Assembly: GCA_964016885.1 (NCBI GenBank)
Contig: OZ024745.1
Span: 120,528,001 to 120,592,000, forward strand
Length of the DNA: 64,000 bases
DNA from: Eledone cirrhosa
Lineage: Eukaryota
Reading direction: 5' to 3'
Part shown: positions 26,329 through 41,623 of the stretch, piece by piece
How the letters are laid out: each line of letters starts with the position of its first letter
Position numbering within the stretch: the stretch's first letter is position 1
Made by a program: the position numbers and the translations under genes
The notes under the pieces: model-generated
The model's input: the letters and a program-made list of their open reading frames with translations, nothing else
What the model was told of the DNA's origin: nothing
The model's database searches: none

Positions 26329-26364
<36 letters not shown>

Positions 26365-26851
26365 ACTGTGCACCGAGCCAATCCCACTCTCTGAGTGACA
26401 GTAGCTATAACCCGAAAGGAAGAAAAGATCAACATCATCTGTAACTACTGAGCCGCAGGTTCTATATCGGAGTTATCCCAGTTTCCTGAGTTGCCTTCTT
26501 CTATAAGAATGCCCTGACAAAGGCTAGGGGTCCTTCAGTGGTTTAACTGTGCGGTAAATGTGTATATACATATTTACACACTTTTGGATGGCCGTTGACT
26601 CTTATGAGTTCTTCCGCCCTTTGTCAGGTTTTGTTTTTTGTCCAGCAGGATGTCCAAAATCACCCTCCTCACCAAGTAAACTTGGTGGGGTTGCCGGTTT
26701 AGTCGCCGACGACCTGACCGTGCGACAGGTTGTACTGGGTTACATGTTACCAGTAGCACTCAAGAGTGACCCAACATATATATATATACATATATATACA
26801 TACACATATACGAGGTGTGTCAGAAAAGTTCCAGGACTGATGTCACAAAAG

Positions 26852-27761
<910 letters not shown>

Positions 27762-28023
27762 TTTTCAACCCATGCTTGCATTGGTTAACAAACATAAAAC
27801 AGTGGGGATAATGATGATGATGACAATAATTGTTTCTACTTTTGGCACAAGGCCAGCAATTACCCAGTGCATTACTGGTACTTTATTTTATCGACCCCGT
27901 AAGGATGAAAGGCAAAGTCAACCTCGGCTCGGATGATGATGACAATAATGATAATTTATTGTTGTCAACACAACACTATTGAGAAGTTTGAGGTTTTTAA
28001 TTTTTCTACCAGATAATAGGAAT

Positions 28024-28255
28024 CACGACAAAAAGCACCCAATCCATACTGTAAGGTGGTCGTGTAGGTGTCATGACAAAAAGCACCCAGCCCACACTGT
28101 AAGGTGATCGTATAGGTGTCATGACAAAGAGCACCCAGCTCACACTGTAAGGTGATCGTGTAGGTGTCATGACAAAAAGCACCCAGCCCACACTGTAAGG
28201 TGATCGTGTAGGTGTCATGACAAAAAGCACCCAGCCCACACTGAAAGGTGGTCAT
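28024..28255. repeat. 48-bp tandem repeat, ~5 copies, derived from a SINE internal segment
   Basis: catgacaaaaagcacccagcccacactgtaaggtgatcgtgtaggtgt; the same segment occurs in SINE bodies and as an array at ~21980-22095. Confidence 0.88.
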
Positions 28256-28329
28256 GTATATAACAGACTTTTATTAAACTGTTAAGCTGAAGGACATAAA
28301 CAAATGTCAGTAACTGATTTTTTAAAAAT

Positions 28330-28813
28330 AGTATCGATCTGAAGATGCCACCAGGAATTAGAGACACAGGCTGATACACACACACATACACGTTTGTATG
28401 TATGTTTGATGGTGGCTGACTGGGAGATAGAAGCTCTTGAAAGAGAAACTTGGCGTGGAATGGTGAATGGTGAGGTCCATAATTTTGAGGACAGACGCAT
28501 AGTGCATGAGAAGATTAAATGAGATATGTGTAAGCAATGCCCTGGTGTATCTCTCGAAACGATCGGTGTCTCCATTGAATTGGTGTGCCCTGAGTGTGGA
28601 AAGATTTGCTTGAAGAAATCTGATCTTAGGAGCCACAGTCGCAGCCATGTTCAGAGAGAACCTGTGAACTATTATCCCCATGGTATTGGGAAGGTTCACA
28701 GGCAACCTGATGCAAGACCTGAGGACAGGGAGATTCATAGTTGTCGTCAATGTGCAAGGGAGTGCAACTCTCTAGCAGGCTTGAAAAGCCATATCCGGGT
28801 GTCACACATCTGA
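28330..28813 (+). mobile_element. 3' end of an RTE-type LINE ORF with two C2H2 zinc fingers (decayed)
   Basis: WEIEALERETWR followed by CPECGKICLKKSDLRSHSRSH and CRQCARECNSLAGLKSHIRVSH; internal stop upstream. Confidence 0.7.
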
Positions 28814-29735
28814 ATCTGACAAGCGATTACAATCACCATGCATATATGTATGCCAGATTGCTCTTCAGTGCTACTGGTAACATGTAACTCAGTACAACTT
28901 GTGCATGGTCGTTGGCCACTAAACTGGCAACCCCACCAAGTTTACTTGGTGAGCAGGGTGATTTTGGACACCCAGCGGGATGAAAAACAAAACCCATCAA
29001 AGGCCGGAGGAACTCAGGAGAGTTAATGGCCATCCTATAAAGTATTTTTTTCTTTCTTTTTTTGTGGAGCATGAGACTTCTAGTCTTCATTAAGACATCT
29101 CACTAGGAGAAGGTCCCTCTGATATAAAACCTGTGATGTTTGTAACCAATGATGTAGACCAGTTATACTTTTTGGGTAAATGCATTTGATGTTCAGAGAG
29201 TGGGATTGGCTCTGTGCAAAGCCTTTCCTCACTTAAAAAAAGGTTCAAGCACAGGCATTGCTTCATATGTGACATTTTTTGCGATGCATGGTATTGCTGG
29301 CCATAGGCAAGTCCTTAGCAGGACTAAAAAGCCACGTCAGTGATGCTCATGCTTAAGTATCAATCGATGGCATTACTTGAAATCGAGTTGCAACTATCAT
29401 CATCATGTATGTATATCATCATCATCATCATCATCATCATCATCGTTTAACGTCCATCTTCGACGCTTGCATGGGTTTGGACGGGAGTTTTCCCACTTGA
29501 GGCAAGATTGGTTGTCTTGCTTGTATAGGACTATCTGGCGGGTTTTCTATGGCTGGATGCCCTTCCTAACACCAACCACGTTTACAGTGTGGACTGGGAG
29601 GTTTTTACCGTGTTACCTACACGGCCACATTACAGCATATATATATATATTCACACACACACACACACATATGTATGTATATAGTTACTTACATGCACAG
29701 AAGTGTGCATGCACTCAATGATGATATGTATATAA

Positions 29736-29810
<75 letters not shown>

Positions 29811-29876
29811 TTATATTTATATAAACAAGAAGTCTAAGGCAACAGGTTAAAATTAACTTTGTTTATTCATATTTGA

Positions 29877-29931
29877 TGTGATATATATTTTGGTAATAAC
29901 CTTTATGTAACAACTATGACCTCATCATACA
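29877..29931 (-). ncRNA. Degenerate hammerhead motif
   Basis: Minus strand tgt-ATGATGA-ggt...acc-AAAA-tatata-TC-aca, next to a long (TA)n tract. Confidence 0.4.
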
Positions 29932-31694
29932 GAGAGAGAGATAGGTTATATATTGACTGAGCTAACTGTTTAATCTTGTTTCACATGTCAAAGGTCCACA
30001 AACAATGATGATGATAGAAATCAACATTTACTCCAAGAAAAGAATTCCTTTTTAGACCTCAATAAGTTCTGACGATGAATAGTCCAGTTGTTTGAACAGC
30101 AATATAGCTTGCTTATGAAATTAACATGCAAGATGTTAAATATTCTAAGACTCTTAGCATAGTTCTTAAAGGGATCCAGCATGACACAAAGTGTGACAAC
30201 GCTGTCCTTTTGAATTACAGGTACAACTCATTTTTACTAGTAGAGTGGACTAGAGCAAGGTGAAATAAAGTGTCTTGTTCAAGGACACAAAGTGATGCTG
30301 GAAATTAAAATCATGGTCTTATCGTTGTCAGTCGAATACCCTAACCACTAAGCCATGTGCTTTCACACAGAGAAGAATATTAACCGCTTTGTCTCAATAT
30401 TTTTAATGAAATACACTACTTATGTGTTTCAATTAATTTTGAAAAATTTATTAAGATAAATAAATAAAACATTTAAAATTTTAAAATTATGGTTGAAACA
30501 AAACTCAACATTTTCTTACATAAAATTATATTGGAATGTTTAAATTTAAATATGAACTCTTTAAAATAAACAACTTTATATTATAAAACCAGAAGTTTTT
30601 TGGAAGTTTGTTATCAAATTTAGTAGCATTTACATTACTCTATATTTACCATTATATTTTACAGTAAAGGCTTTATCTCACAAAATATCAAATCTATGAG
30701 ATTTTGATATTTTTTATTTTGAGAACAATACCTTAACATCGGTATGAGTGGGCCAGTTATCGCTGGTTTGAACAGAAAGAGGTGAGAGAATTCTGGCCTT
30801 ATATGGCTGGTTTAAACAAGTAATGAAACTAAGAGAGAAAATTCCTGATTACTAAATATTAAAAGTATTTCCTATTACAGAAAATAGTAAAGAGACAATG
30901 ATGCATGTGTAACATGCTGTGTAGTTTCTAATATCAGTTTCTATGTATCAGGTTGTGTATCAGATGACATTAACACCAACTTTAGTTGAGTGTATGTATG
31001 TCTAATCTGATAAAAAAAAACCTTCAGTTTTACAGCATTGTAGATCTAACCTTTTCAGCTTGTCAGTTCCCACCAAATTTCCTATTTTCTCTCTTTCAGT
31101 TGAACCCTTCTCTTGTAGCAGTTAACTACCAAAAATCCAAATATTGTCCTGAAATATGATCCTCAGATTTGGGATGTTTCGGGGAAATAAAAGATTCAAA
31201 TATCCAAAGAACCAAAGTTTGACCCTTTAATGTTCAAACTGGCCAAAACTAGCCAGAATTCTCTACCTCTTTCTGTTTAAACTGGCTGTAACTGGTCACT
31301 CAAACTGATGTTAAGGTATTGTTCTTGAAATAAATACTTTCAAAATCTCATAGAGTCGATATTATGTGAGATAAAGCATTTACCATGAAAATATAATTGT
31401 TTCTACTTTTGGCACAAGGACAGCAATTACCCAGTGTATTACTGGTACTTTATTTCATCGACCCTGTAAGGATGAAAGGCAAAGTTAATCTCGGCCGGAT
31501 TTGAACTCAGATCGTAAAGGGACATAACTCTTTGCGTCAAAGCTTGGCATTCGACCCTCTACTGATACTGCCAATCCATGAAAATATAATAGTATATATA
31601 GTGTAATGTGAATGCTAAAGGGTTAAAAATAGTTTAAAACAAAAAATCCAAGTTTGATGAGAAGGAAATAGACAGTATGAGAAGGAGAGAAAGG

Positions 31695-31980
31695 CAGGTG
31701 TTGTGACACTGGGGCTGAGAGGAAGAGGGACAGGTGTTGTGAGACTGGGGCTGAGAGGAAGAGAGACAGGTGTCGTGAGACTGGGGCTGAGAGGAAGAGA
31801 GACAGGTGTTGTGACACTGGGGCTGAGAGGAAGAGAGACAGGTGTTGTGACACTGGGGCTGAGAGGAAGAGAGACAGGTGTTGTGACACTGGGGCTGAGA
31901 GGAAGAGAGAGACAGTTGAAGTGACACTGGGGCTGAGAGGAAGAGAGAGACAGATGTTGTGACACTGGGACTGAGAGGAA
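31695..31980. repeat. Minisatellite, 36-bp unit, ~8 copies
   Basis: acaggtgttgtgacactggggctgagaggaagagag units. Confidence 0.93.
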
Positions 31981-32073
31981 AAGAGGGAGAGCTGCAATGT
32001 TAGTGGAGGTGAGAGGAAGAAAGTAACAGTAGCAGTGTTTCACATTGTCAGAGGAAGAGAGGAAGTGCTGCAA

Positions 32074-32153
<80 letters not shown>

Positions 32154-35100
32154 AGCGGGGTAAGGGGGGGGGGAAATAAAGGAGGAACCAACCAGAGTAC
32201 TGGACTTGTACATTATTCATTAACTTCAAAAGGATGAAAGACAAAGTTGACCTCAGTGTGATTATGAACTCTGAGTGAAATGAGCTGGAGCAAATACTGA
32301 AGTAATTTTAATCTGACAATCTGATGACTTTGGTACATTTGGTACATTTGGTAGCACTGTAGACATATATATATGTGATGTCCTGCCATTTCTAATCCCT
32401 CTCTTATTATCCTTTGACAAGGAAAATGTGTAGATGATATAGATTGGCATTACAGTTAATAATGGTTTCTATTTTAGGCACAAGGCCAGCAATTTGAGGG
32501 AGGAGTCGATTAAATAAACCCCAGAGCGTTACTGGTATTTTATTTTATCAACCATGTAAAGATGAAAGGCGAAGCTAACTTTGGCAGGATTTGAACTCAG
32601 AACATAAAGGGCTATAACTATATGCCACAAAGCATATTATCCAATGCCCTACCAATACTGCTAATCAACCACCCACATTACAGTTAATAATATAATATAA
32701 GGAGTTTTCTCAAAGTCACTTCCGAGCAGGAATGATAAAGCTTGGTTCATATGGCTTTTTGACATGCTAATGTAGAAATAATGATTGATTGATAATCATA
32801 ATAGATGAATTTCAGTTGGTCAATGGGATGAAATAAAAGAATTATTAGTTTTAACGGTTACTACAGTAATAGAGAGAGACTAACCAAATAATAAATAAGT
32901 CTACAGTTACGTAACTTGTGCAGTGCAAAAACTTCTATTGATAGAGCAGAGATGTGAGAGCAATAACTAGTAAAAGAGAAATCTCTCATGAAATCCAACC
33001 ATGTACAGTATCAAATGTTGGTTTCTATTTCAGGCTTCAATGAAAAGGAAAGGAAAAGTCCAGTAAAAGAACCAACAGATGTATTGAATGAAACAAAATA
33101 TAGATTTAATTTGTTGATCTTCACTCCAATTACATCAGATGACACAGCTGCAGGAATAGTGTAGCCAGCAGTTGTATAAAGTATGAATCAAGTGAAATGA
33201 ACCTGATTTGTAGACAGGAATAAATGATTCCTTTGATCATGTGTATCTCATTTGTTGTAAAGGAATTTTGGAAAACAAACCTGGTTACTTTGATGCAGCT
33301 TTACTAATAGAGAGGTGTAATGAGACTTCTAAATTAGACTGGTCTAATAGAAAAATAAATTGAAGACTGATGATATTAAAAAAAGATTTGTAAAATAATC
33401 TAACTGTAGACCAGACTATATAGACAGGGTTTTTTTTTCCAAATGGATTAAAGTGAGGCACTAGGTATAATAAGAATGTTGGTTATACAGACTAAATATT
33501 CACCAAGAAGAGAAAAGTACTTGATAGAAATCAGAATGAGTGGTGTAAAAAATTCTTGATTAAGTGCCATGACATTCAAATGTAGTTGAATGTTAATCAA
33601 AACATAGCGTTCTGAAGAGATATTACCACTAAACCTCTATGTATGTCAAATAAATCTGTTTCTTTGACTTTTTGATGCTTTGTAAACACAGGTAGGCATT
33701 TATCATAATCTCAATCTAAATATCTTATTATCAAATTAGTAGCTTGATAATAAATTAAAGTAATATTTCTTTCTAACATTGGCACAAGGTCAGCAATTTG
33801 AGGGCAGGGGGAAAGTTGATTATATTAACTCAGTATTTAACTGGTACTTTATTTTATCAACCCCAGAAGGATGAAAGGCAAAGTTGACTTCAGTAGGATT
33901 CACCCCAGAACATAGAAAGTCATAACTAAATACCGCAAAGCATTTTGTCCAATGCCCTACCGATACTGCCAATCCACCGCCCTAAATTAAAGTAATAAGG
34001 TAAACATACTCTCAATACAAGTAGAACAAATCATATCAGTCTGTTTCAAGACTTTTAGATTTACAAATCACAAATTTTGAATGTAATAAACTTATCAAAG
34101 TTTGTTTAAGAAGATCTAAAATTAAGTTTTGTATAAATAAATAACTAAAATCACTAACTACCAAGCTTCAAAAATAAGTTTTTATATTTAGATTTTTAAT
34201 ATTCATTTGGGTTTATTTACAAATTTAATCAATGTAAATGACTTCGTGAAATTCAATCAAATCACTAAATTGAAATAAAGAGAAAATAATATGTAATGTA
34301 ATAATTATTAACTGAAAAAATAAAATGGTCTTTTTTTTTCTAAATTGTTGAAAAGTTTTAAAACAATAAATTCATTAAAGGTTTCAATGGAGTTTAACAT
34401 TATTTATAAAGAGTTTACAGAATTGATAAGCAAAGGTTTAAATGACATTTTATTTTTAAAATAAAGGTAAAAACCCCCTTTGGTCACAAAAGACCATGAG
34501 ATTTGCAATACGAATGTTCCCCCTCTGAGGCACATGCCCAGGCAAGGTTATCTGTGGAAAACCTCTTTCCACACCACCAATGTTGTTCAAGGGAAAAGCA
34601 ATGGTTGATACAGCTTGGCACCAATGACGTGGCAACTCATTTCTACAGCTGAGTGAACTGGAGCAATGGGAAACAAAGTGTCTAGCTTAAGGACACAACA
34701 CATTGTCCGGTCTGGGAATTGAACTCACAACCTCATGATTGTAAGCCCAACGCTTAAACCACTAAGCTAAATGATATTTTATACTGCACTAGAAATGAAA
34801 GGAATCTATAATTGTTAGTGGTAGAGTACAGAGAATTAATTGTTCTTTCAACATTTATCTACAGATATGAGTTTCATAAAGTATATTCCTAAATTATTTA
34901 TGAATACAGTGTGCAGGGAGGATGAAGATAAGATTGGTAGAGAGAATAAGTGTTTGGTGTGTTTGGTGCAATATAAGAGGTTGTTATATTACAGGTGAAT
35001 TACAATATCAGGAAAGAATTGATAAAAGTGAAATTATTTTTAAAAAAGCATAGAAATTGAAAAGTTTGTTTTGATAGATTAGAAAAATAATAAGAGGTTG

Positions 35101-36203
35101 TACAGATACCAACCATTTTTAATAGGTTCTGGTGATTTCTGGAGAAAGCTTTGGTATCATACTTTATATTGCATATTTTATAATTATTCTATGAAAATAA
35201 TACATTAAAGGCTTTCATTGAAATGTATTTTTCAAAGAAATATTTATACTATTTTTACTAGTGGATAGATTGATGTGAAAATTACAGTATTAGCGGAATG
35301 GTTTTAATTTTTCACGTGATGCAGTCATAGCGTTGTTTTATACTTTTTAAGATTGTCTTCCTAATGTGGTTTTTATGTGGTAAAGGACACTAAGAGTTAA
35401 GTGCAGAGCACACGTGTGAGTTCAAACATCTGCAAGCAGAGGGTAGCATAAATAGCTCTAGATGTCTAATACATCAACTTCTGAGTTAAATAAGAAGTCA
35501 CTGACACTCAGAAAGGAAACAACACAGCTACAGTGAAATATCAAGTGACACCAAAACAAACTAGTGTGCACTACTACAATATGCTGTGGAATAGAGCTTT
35601 ATCTTAATGATGTGTGTTCTAGTTGTTTGATCAACATAACAGCCTGCTAATGCAATTGAAGGGTTTCTATCTCTGCCAGGACTTATAAAGGGTGTCAAGT
35701 AAAAGAATAGTACTCATGACTTTTCTATGACGTTCAAAACTAGCGGGGAAGAAGAAATTGAATGTTCCAGTTGCTCAACCAACAGAACAGCCTTCTCATG
35801 AAATTAACAAGTGGCTGAGCATTCTACAGAAACATCTAGCAGCAATGTAGTTATCAGGAAGAGTCAGCATGACAGTGTGTGACAAGGTTAGCCCTTTGAA
35901 CTATGGTTCAGTCCATCCGATGGACATTTAAACAGTTTCCATCCATCCAATTTCACTCACAAGGCTAAGAAAATGGTAAGATGCCACTCAGTGAGATTGA
36001 ACCTAAGACCTAATGATTGTCAAACAAACTCCTTAACCATTCACCTTGCTTATAAATTAAAAATAATCTTAAAATAAAGTATTTGTCTAGATACCAGTGA
36101 TTGCTGAATAACCTCACTGATATATACTGCCAAATAGAAGACAAAACTAAATAGCTGCACTGATACATACATACATACATATATATATATATATGTATGT
36201 ATG

Positions 36204-36235
<32 letters not shown>

Positions 36236-36423
36236 TATATGTGGGATAACAAGTAATCGTTTTAGGTAATCCAGTTAGAGGTTGTGAGTACTCTGTACTA
36301 TGGATAGTTTTAACGTACGGCGTTGTTTGCCCGAACAAGAGGTTTCCTTAGTTAGGTAGCGAGTTTGCGAGAATTCTCATGCAGGTTAATCTTGGAGTAA
36401 TAGTAGTGAAAGAGTGAAGAATA

Positions 36424-36540
36424 ACAGTATTCCGATGATTTGATCAGAGACACACACTGTATTTAAGGTCGAGTGACACAACTTCCAGTGATTAGTGGCC
36501 TTTAGACTCACCTGATCAATGAAACAATTGTTAATACTGT
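36424..36540 (+). ncRNA. Type I hammerhead motif with long stem-II insert, U4C core variant
   Basis: acagtatt-CCGATGA-t-ttgatcag...ctgatcaa-t-GAAA-caattg-TT-aatactgt: 8-bp stem I, 8-bp stem II, palindromic stem III. Confidence 0.7.
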
Positions 36541-37818
36541 AAATAAAACCCTTCTTGTACAGCCGACCGTTATTCTTCACTCTTTCATTATATATATATA
36601 TATATTATATAAGTAGTTCCACAACAGTTAGTACACCATTTCTGAGAATAATTTGCTTCACCTCAAATGGAAAGGGTGTACTAGCTGTTGTGGAACTGCT
36701 TCTAGCAAACTCATCCCATGGACTGAGTGCTCTTACTGTGGATATAACCAACCAGTGTTCTGCCACTATATATATATACATAATCAAATAGAAGCTGTAC
36801 CAGCTTTTGGACAATATTGTAAATCATTTAATTTTTGAACTTTCCCTAAGTCATTTTCGGTTGAAGGGATCAGCACTGGTTCTTGTAGCAGTTAAAGTTA
36901 GTTTCTCTGGGCAACACCGGGAACTATGAAATGTTATGCTTCTATTAAAATACCAAATTACAGTGAGGATGCAGGAGAAATATAAATCAATCATTCATTT
37001 TGTTTTGAACTGTTTTTGTTTTTACATTTGAAAAGAGTGTGATAACCCTGAAATATTATGTTGAAATATACTGGATAAAAACAGTGTTTTGTTTCATTTT
37101 CATCCTTTGCCCTTTATATATTTCTACCACATTGTATCAGCTTTCTAAAGTTATCAGTCATTTTACATATCTCACAATGTTTCATATCAACTATAATAAT
37201 TGTTAAATCTTTTGAAATAATTCATGCTTCATCTTCTTTTGTACTTGTATATACATGTAGCTAATAAGCCATTAGCAGATGTTTTAATAGAATAATCCAT
37301 ATGATATATGAATTCTTAAGTAGGAGCTAAATACAGACCCAACAATGGTAAATTAGTTCTTCAAATTTACTAATTATTGTTTGATTGAAACTAACAATGG
37401 ATATATAGGAAAATATTTAGAAAAAAATATTTAAAATACATTTGGTTATTTGCTAGAAAACTATAAATCTTATTTATGATCTCTGGTGTAACAAAGCATT
37501 AACTATTAAAACTTCATTAAATATTAAGATTAACCTTTTAGAGTTAAACAATATGAAATTATGCTCACTGCAGTTAGAATCAGCCACACCCGTTCAACTT
37601 TGTACTTTAGTTTTTTATTTATCCTACATAGCTACTTTAATTAATGAATAACAATGAAAATAAATGTGTTTACTGTGTGTGTATATTTGTATAGTGTGCA
37701 TGGAAGGAGAACAACAGCACAACAAAAACAATGGCAATGGATGACAACAAATATACAGCAACACCACTAGTAGCAGCAGTAGTAGTAGTGGAAGTAGACC
37801 GAGAGATCAAATACTGAC

Positions 37819-37884
37819 CTGTTTGCTCACCCCAGATAAACGGTGCACAGGCAAGCACATCCCAGCAAATGATTGCATAAGACA
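37819..37884 (-). CDS. Symmetric (likely cassette) exon, 66 nt, phase 0->0, CLMQSFAGMCLPVHRLSGVSKQ
   Basis: ctaat branch-like motif plus atgttttcttag| acceptor, and CAG|gtcagt donor. GC-richer than the flanks and frame-preserving. Confidence 0.55.
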
Positions 37885-40800
37885 CTAAGAAAACATTTTT
37901 TCATTAGACTTCAATTAACTTAATAAGATTAAAGAGAGATAGATAAAGACAGAAAGTAGAGAGAGAGAGAAAGACAGAGAGAGAGAGTGAGAGTGAGTAG
38001 AGAAAGAGAGAGTGAGACAGAGAGTTAGAAGGAGAGAGTGAGACAGAGAGTTAGAAGGAGAGAGTGAGAGTGTTAGAGAGAGAAAGAGAGAGAGTGCATT
38101 TCTATGGATATCATTAACAAATTCAAATACATGATAAGACAGGCTGAGATAGAACAGAAAATTAGATTAAGTTTCAACCAATATTTGTCCACAGCAAATC
38201 TATATATACAAAGATTGTGTACACAAACATGGGTCTATTATAACCTTTACTATCATCACCACCATATCTCCATAAAATGGTGATGATGATGATGATATCA
38301 AGAAAGGTTGAAACAAAAGAAAGACAGAAAAATATAAATGTGTGTGTGTGAGAGAGAAAGAGAGTGTGTAGATTTTCTTTAAAATGGTAAAAAAAAAAAA
38401 GTTTCAAATAAAAAACAAAAGTTCTCTATTGCATTGGTACAAAACCACAAACTTATAGGTGAAAATTATAGCTGAATGAACCAATTTCAATTGTGACGGA
38501 GAGCAAAGTTAATCCAAGTAAGATTTGGAAATCAGAATGTAGCAAGGACAAATCCTACTCCTGCTTGGCATTTAATCAAGCACGCTACTATTCCTCTTAG
38601 CTCACTGCTCTTCCTTACAAACATTCCAGATAAATAACTAGAGCAAAAATGAGAAATTTTAAAAATCTAAGAATAGAAAGAATATTAGTGAGGTAAGAGA
38701 AAAACTTTGAAATCTTCCACTAATAACATTTTAAAATCTTGCTCTTTTTTTCATCTAGCTTTTAAATGGAAAAGAATATAGGAGATCTAATGAGAATTCT
38801 GAAGTTATGTTATCACATACAAGATAATATATATTTATGAAGTTTAATAATGAATTTTAAGGGAAGCAGTTTTAAGAAACAAAATCTATTTTGAAAATGA
38901 ATCTACAAATCCATTTAGAACAAGTTTACAATTTAATCGAGAATTTAAGGAGAAAACTGCCAATTGCAAGACAAGAGACAATGCCTCTAAAATATGAAAT
39001 GTTACTAAATAGTAATTAGAATAGTAGTTGCTATTTATCAATGAGGTTGTATCTGCTACAAGAAGTATGAAGAGAAACTTCTCTTAAATGTCAGGCATCA
39101 ACAATATAAAATGTCCCTGAAATTGAGGAAAAGTCTAGAATGTAATGATAGAGGAGAGAGAGAGGATGAGAACAGTGGTGAAAACATGAGGAGAATATGA
39201 ATGGCAAACAACCTGGTGAAGTAACCCAGAGAAATGGAGACAGCTGAAGGTTATAATTTCTGAGTAGAAAAAAGATGAGAGAAAAAGAAACCTTCAGACC
39301 ATGTGAAGAGTTGCAAATTAATTAATATACATTGTAAGAACTCTTTGAAATAATATTTGGCTGCTGCACCAAGAGGAAATATATCACGTAGCATCAGCAG
39401 TTAAAAACTCCATTACTATACAAACCAATGTTATGTCTTATGTTTATTTTCTTTAACCCTTTTCAGACCTAACGAAATACACTCTATTTCAGTTACATAA
39501 GAAAGAATTTCAAGAGATTTACTAAAATTATTTGTTATTTCATTACTAAGATAGTAACTTAACATATATTTCTATGTTGGAAGATGTTAAAAAGGATGGA
39601 AGATGTTAAAAAAGATGGTTAAAAAGGATGGTTTCAGAGAACCAGAGCCAGTTTTGGCTAGTCTGGTACCAAAAAAAGGTTAATAAATATAATAGACTTA
39701 TTTGAAAGCTTCATTAAAATTGAAAAATCAAAAACAAAATACAATGAGCATCTTTAGACTAAAGAAATAATTACAGCACATAGTTTCCTGCAAAAATGAA
39801 GAGAAGGGTAGTGGAATTTATCAATATGAGTCATTTTAGGAAGTGACTACTTCAAAGTAATTTCAGATCAAATTGAATCATAATAAATTATGTCAGTGTC
39901 TTTAGGGTTAGAGATAGGGTTTAGCTCCAGGCAAATCATGATGAAGCAGACCTAGGATTGAAAAGATTCCAGCCATAAACATCCTGTCCTCTTTTTTATA
40001 TATGTATGGGGTGGATATTTAGGAGTACTATGACTGATGTATGTTTTTGCTTTTTTTAATACAGTGGAATGTAATTTGAAGATGATTTGGCTACTATTTC
40101 TAGCAAGATTGAGTAACTACATACCAGCTCATTTGTTAGCCTGTGATAAGCTATGTATTTAATATGAAGTAAAATTATTGAAAAGAAACCTAACTTATAA
40201 AAACTCATAAATAGACTATCAAACAATGTTTTGGCAGCATCACCAAGCTAACAGATGGATGGCTGTATAAAAATAGGATGAATTCTGTCTTAAACAACAT
40301 TAGATTATAAATGGAAAGTAACAAATAAATAATTCCATTGAGAGTGAATGTAACATATAAAGATTATGTGAAGAACTTAAGAAAGGAGAAAAAATAAATG
40401 GTGGACCAAAGTCGGTGGTCTAATTTCTCAATATAGTAATACTAAATATTGAGTAGAGTGCAGCTATTTATACTTAAGAGATAACCTAAGAAAATCAATT
40501 AATAGAAAAGAGAACAAGATAATATAAAGCATATATGGACACTATGAGAGGTTTATGTAGCTAGAGAAATATTTTGTTGAAAAAGCACAAGTGGGCTTTT
40601 TGATATCAAACTTAATTTTTTAAGAGATTAAAGGAAACAAATTAATAATGGAAAAGCAATTGACTGGAATATATTTCAAGTTACATATCTATGTTGAACC
40701 AATAACTGTGTTTGTGAAAGTAGAATTCAGCATTGTTTTCACATTGACAAGAATAAAGATTAGTAAATACTTTATTTTCAGTCACATTAGTTTCATTGCT

Positions 40801-41545
40801 AAACTTATCTCATCAGTCTACAAACTTTTAGACAACACATATAGAGTAATTTTTAATTAGTTCTTCCAAAACAAACACTTTTTACACTAAGATTTACCTA
40901 CAAAATTGTAGAGCTCAATACTCTTAAGCTTAATCTTTTCATGAATGCATTTCTAATGAAACACCCTCTATTTCAATTAATTAATGAAGAATTTTGAGGG
41001 ATTTACTAAAATTACTAAGAGAATAACTTAATCTAAGGTTCTTATATATAATTATGTTGGAAGATATTTAATTTAAATTGGAAACCTTTAAAATGGGTGA
41101 CTTTATTTCATAAAACCAGAGCCAGTTTTGGCCAGGTTGGAAACAAAATGGTTAAACTAATCTTTTTATACTTTCAAACTGATATAAAAAAGAATACTAA
41201 TTGAAGATTTTTTTTCATTCCATTTATTGTGATCTATTATAACTAATTCTGACTTATTACCACCTGAAATAATATTGATGGCATAGATATCACACACTTT
41301 TATATTTTGAGAAATCCTAAATGTAAATTGTTTTTGGAAGTTTTAATTACTCTGAACAGAGTTCAAATAAAGAGAAAATCTGAAAGATAGAAACAATGAC
41401 AAGATTAGTTTTTAAAGTTGTTGCATTGAGACACATGCAGTCAGAAAACTTAATTAGCAATACAAAACAGAGAAAATAAAACAAAATAGAAAAATAAAAA
41501 AACATAAAATAAAATATAATGAAGCAGTGTTGTAGACTAACATAC

Positions 41546-41623
41546 CGATTGTAACCTGCGTAAACTACTGGAGGTTGATTGTGAGGAATAGGAACCGGTA
41601 GGACTGGGACTGCGGTAGCTTGA
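41546..41623 (-). CDS. ABLIM: Internal coding exon (78 nt, phase 0->0), SSYRSPSPTGSYSSQSTSSSLRRLQS
   Basis: Long T-rich acceptor ...tgtgtttttacag| and donor |gtatgt. Open frame with an RSPSPTGS Ser-rich motif like the post-LIM linker of abLIM/UNC-115 (recalled, not aligned). Confidence 0.7.

Noticed and set aside
28526-28813. Cellular C2H2 zinc-finger gene
   Set aside because: No TGEKP linkers, preceded by an RTE-type WE..A..R..WR motif, and similar KSLAGLKSH remnants occur in repeats at ~29310 and ~46700.
41546-41623. Alternative reading frame QATAVPVLPVPIPHNQPPVVYAGYNR
   Set aside because: It stops early in exon 8965-9118 and shows no family resemblance I recognise, whereas the phase-0 frame chains through all exons.
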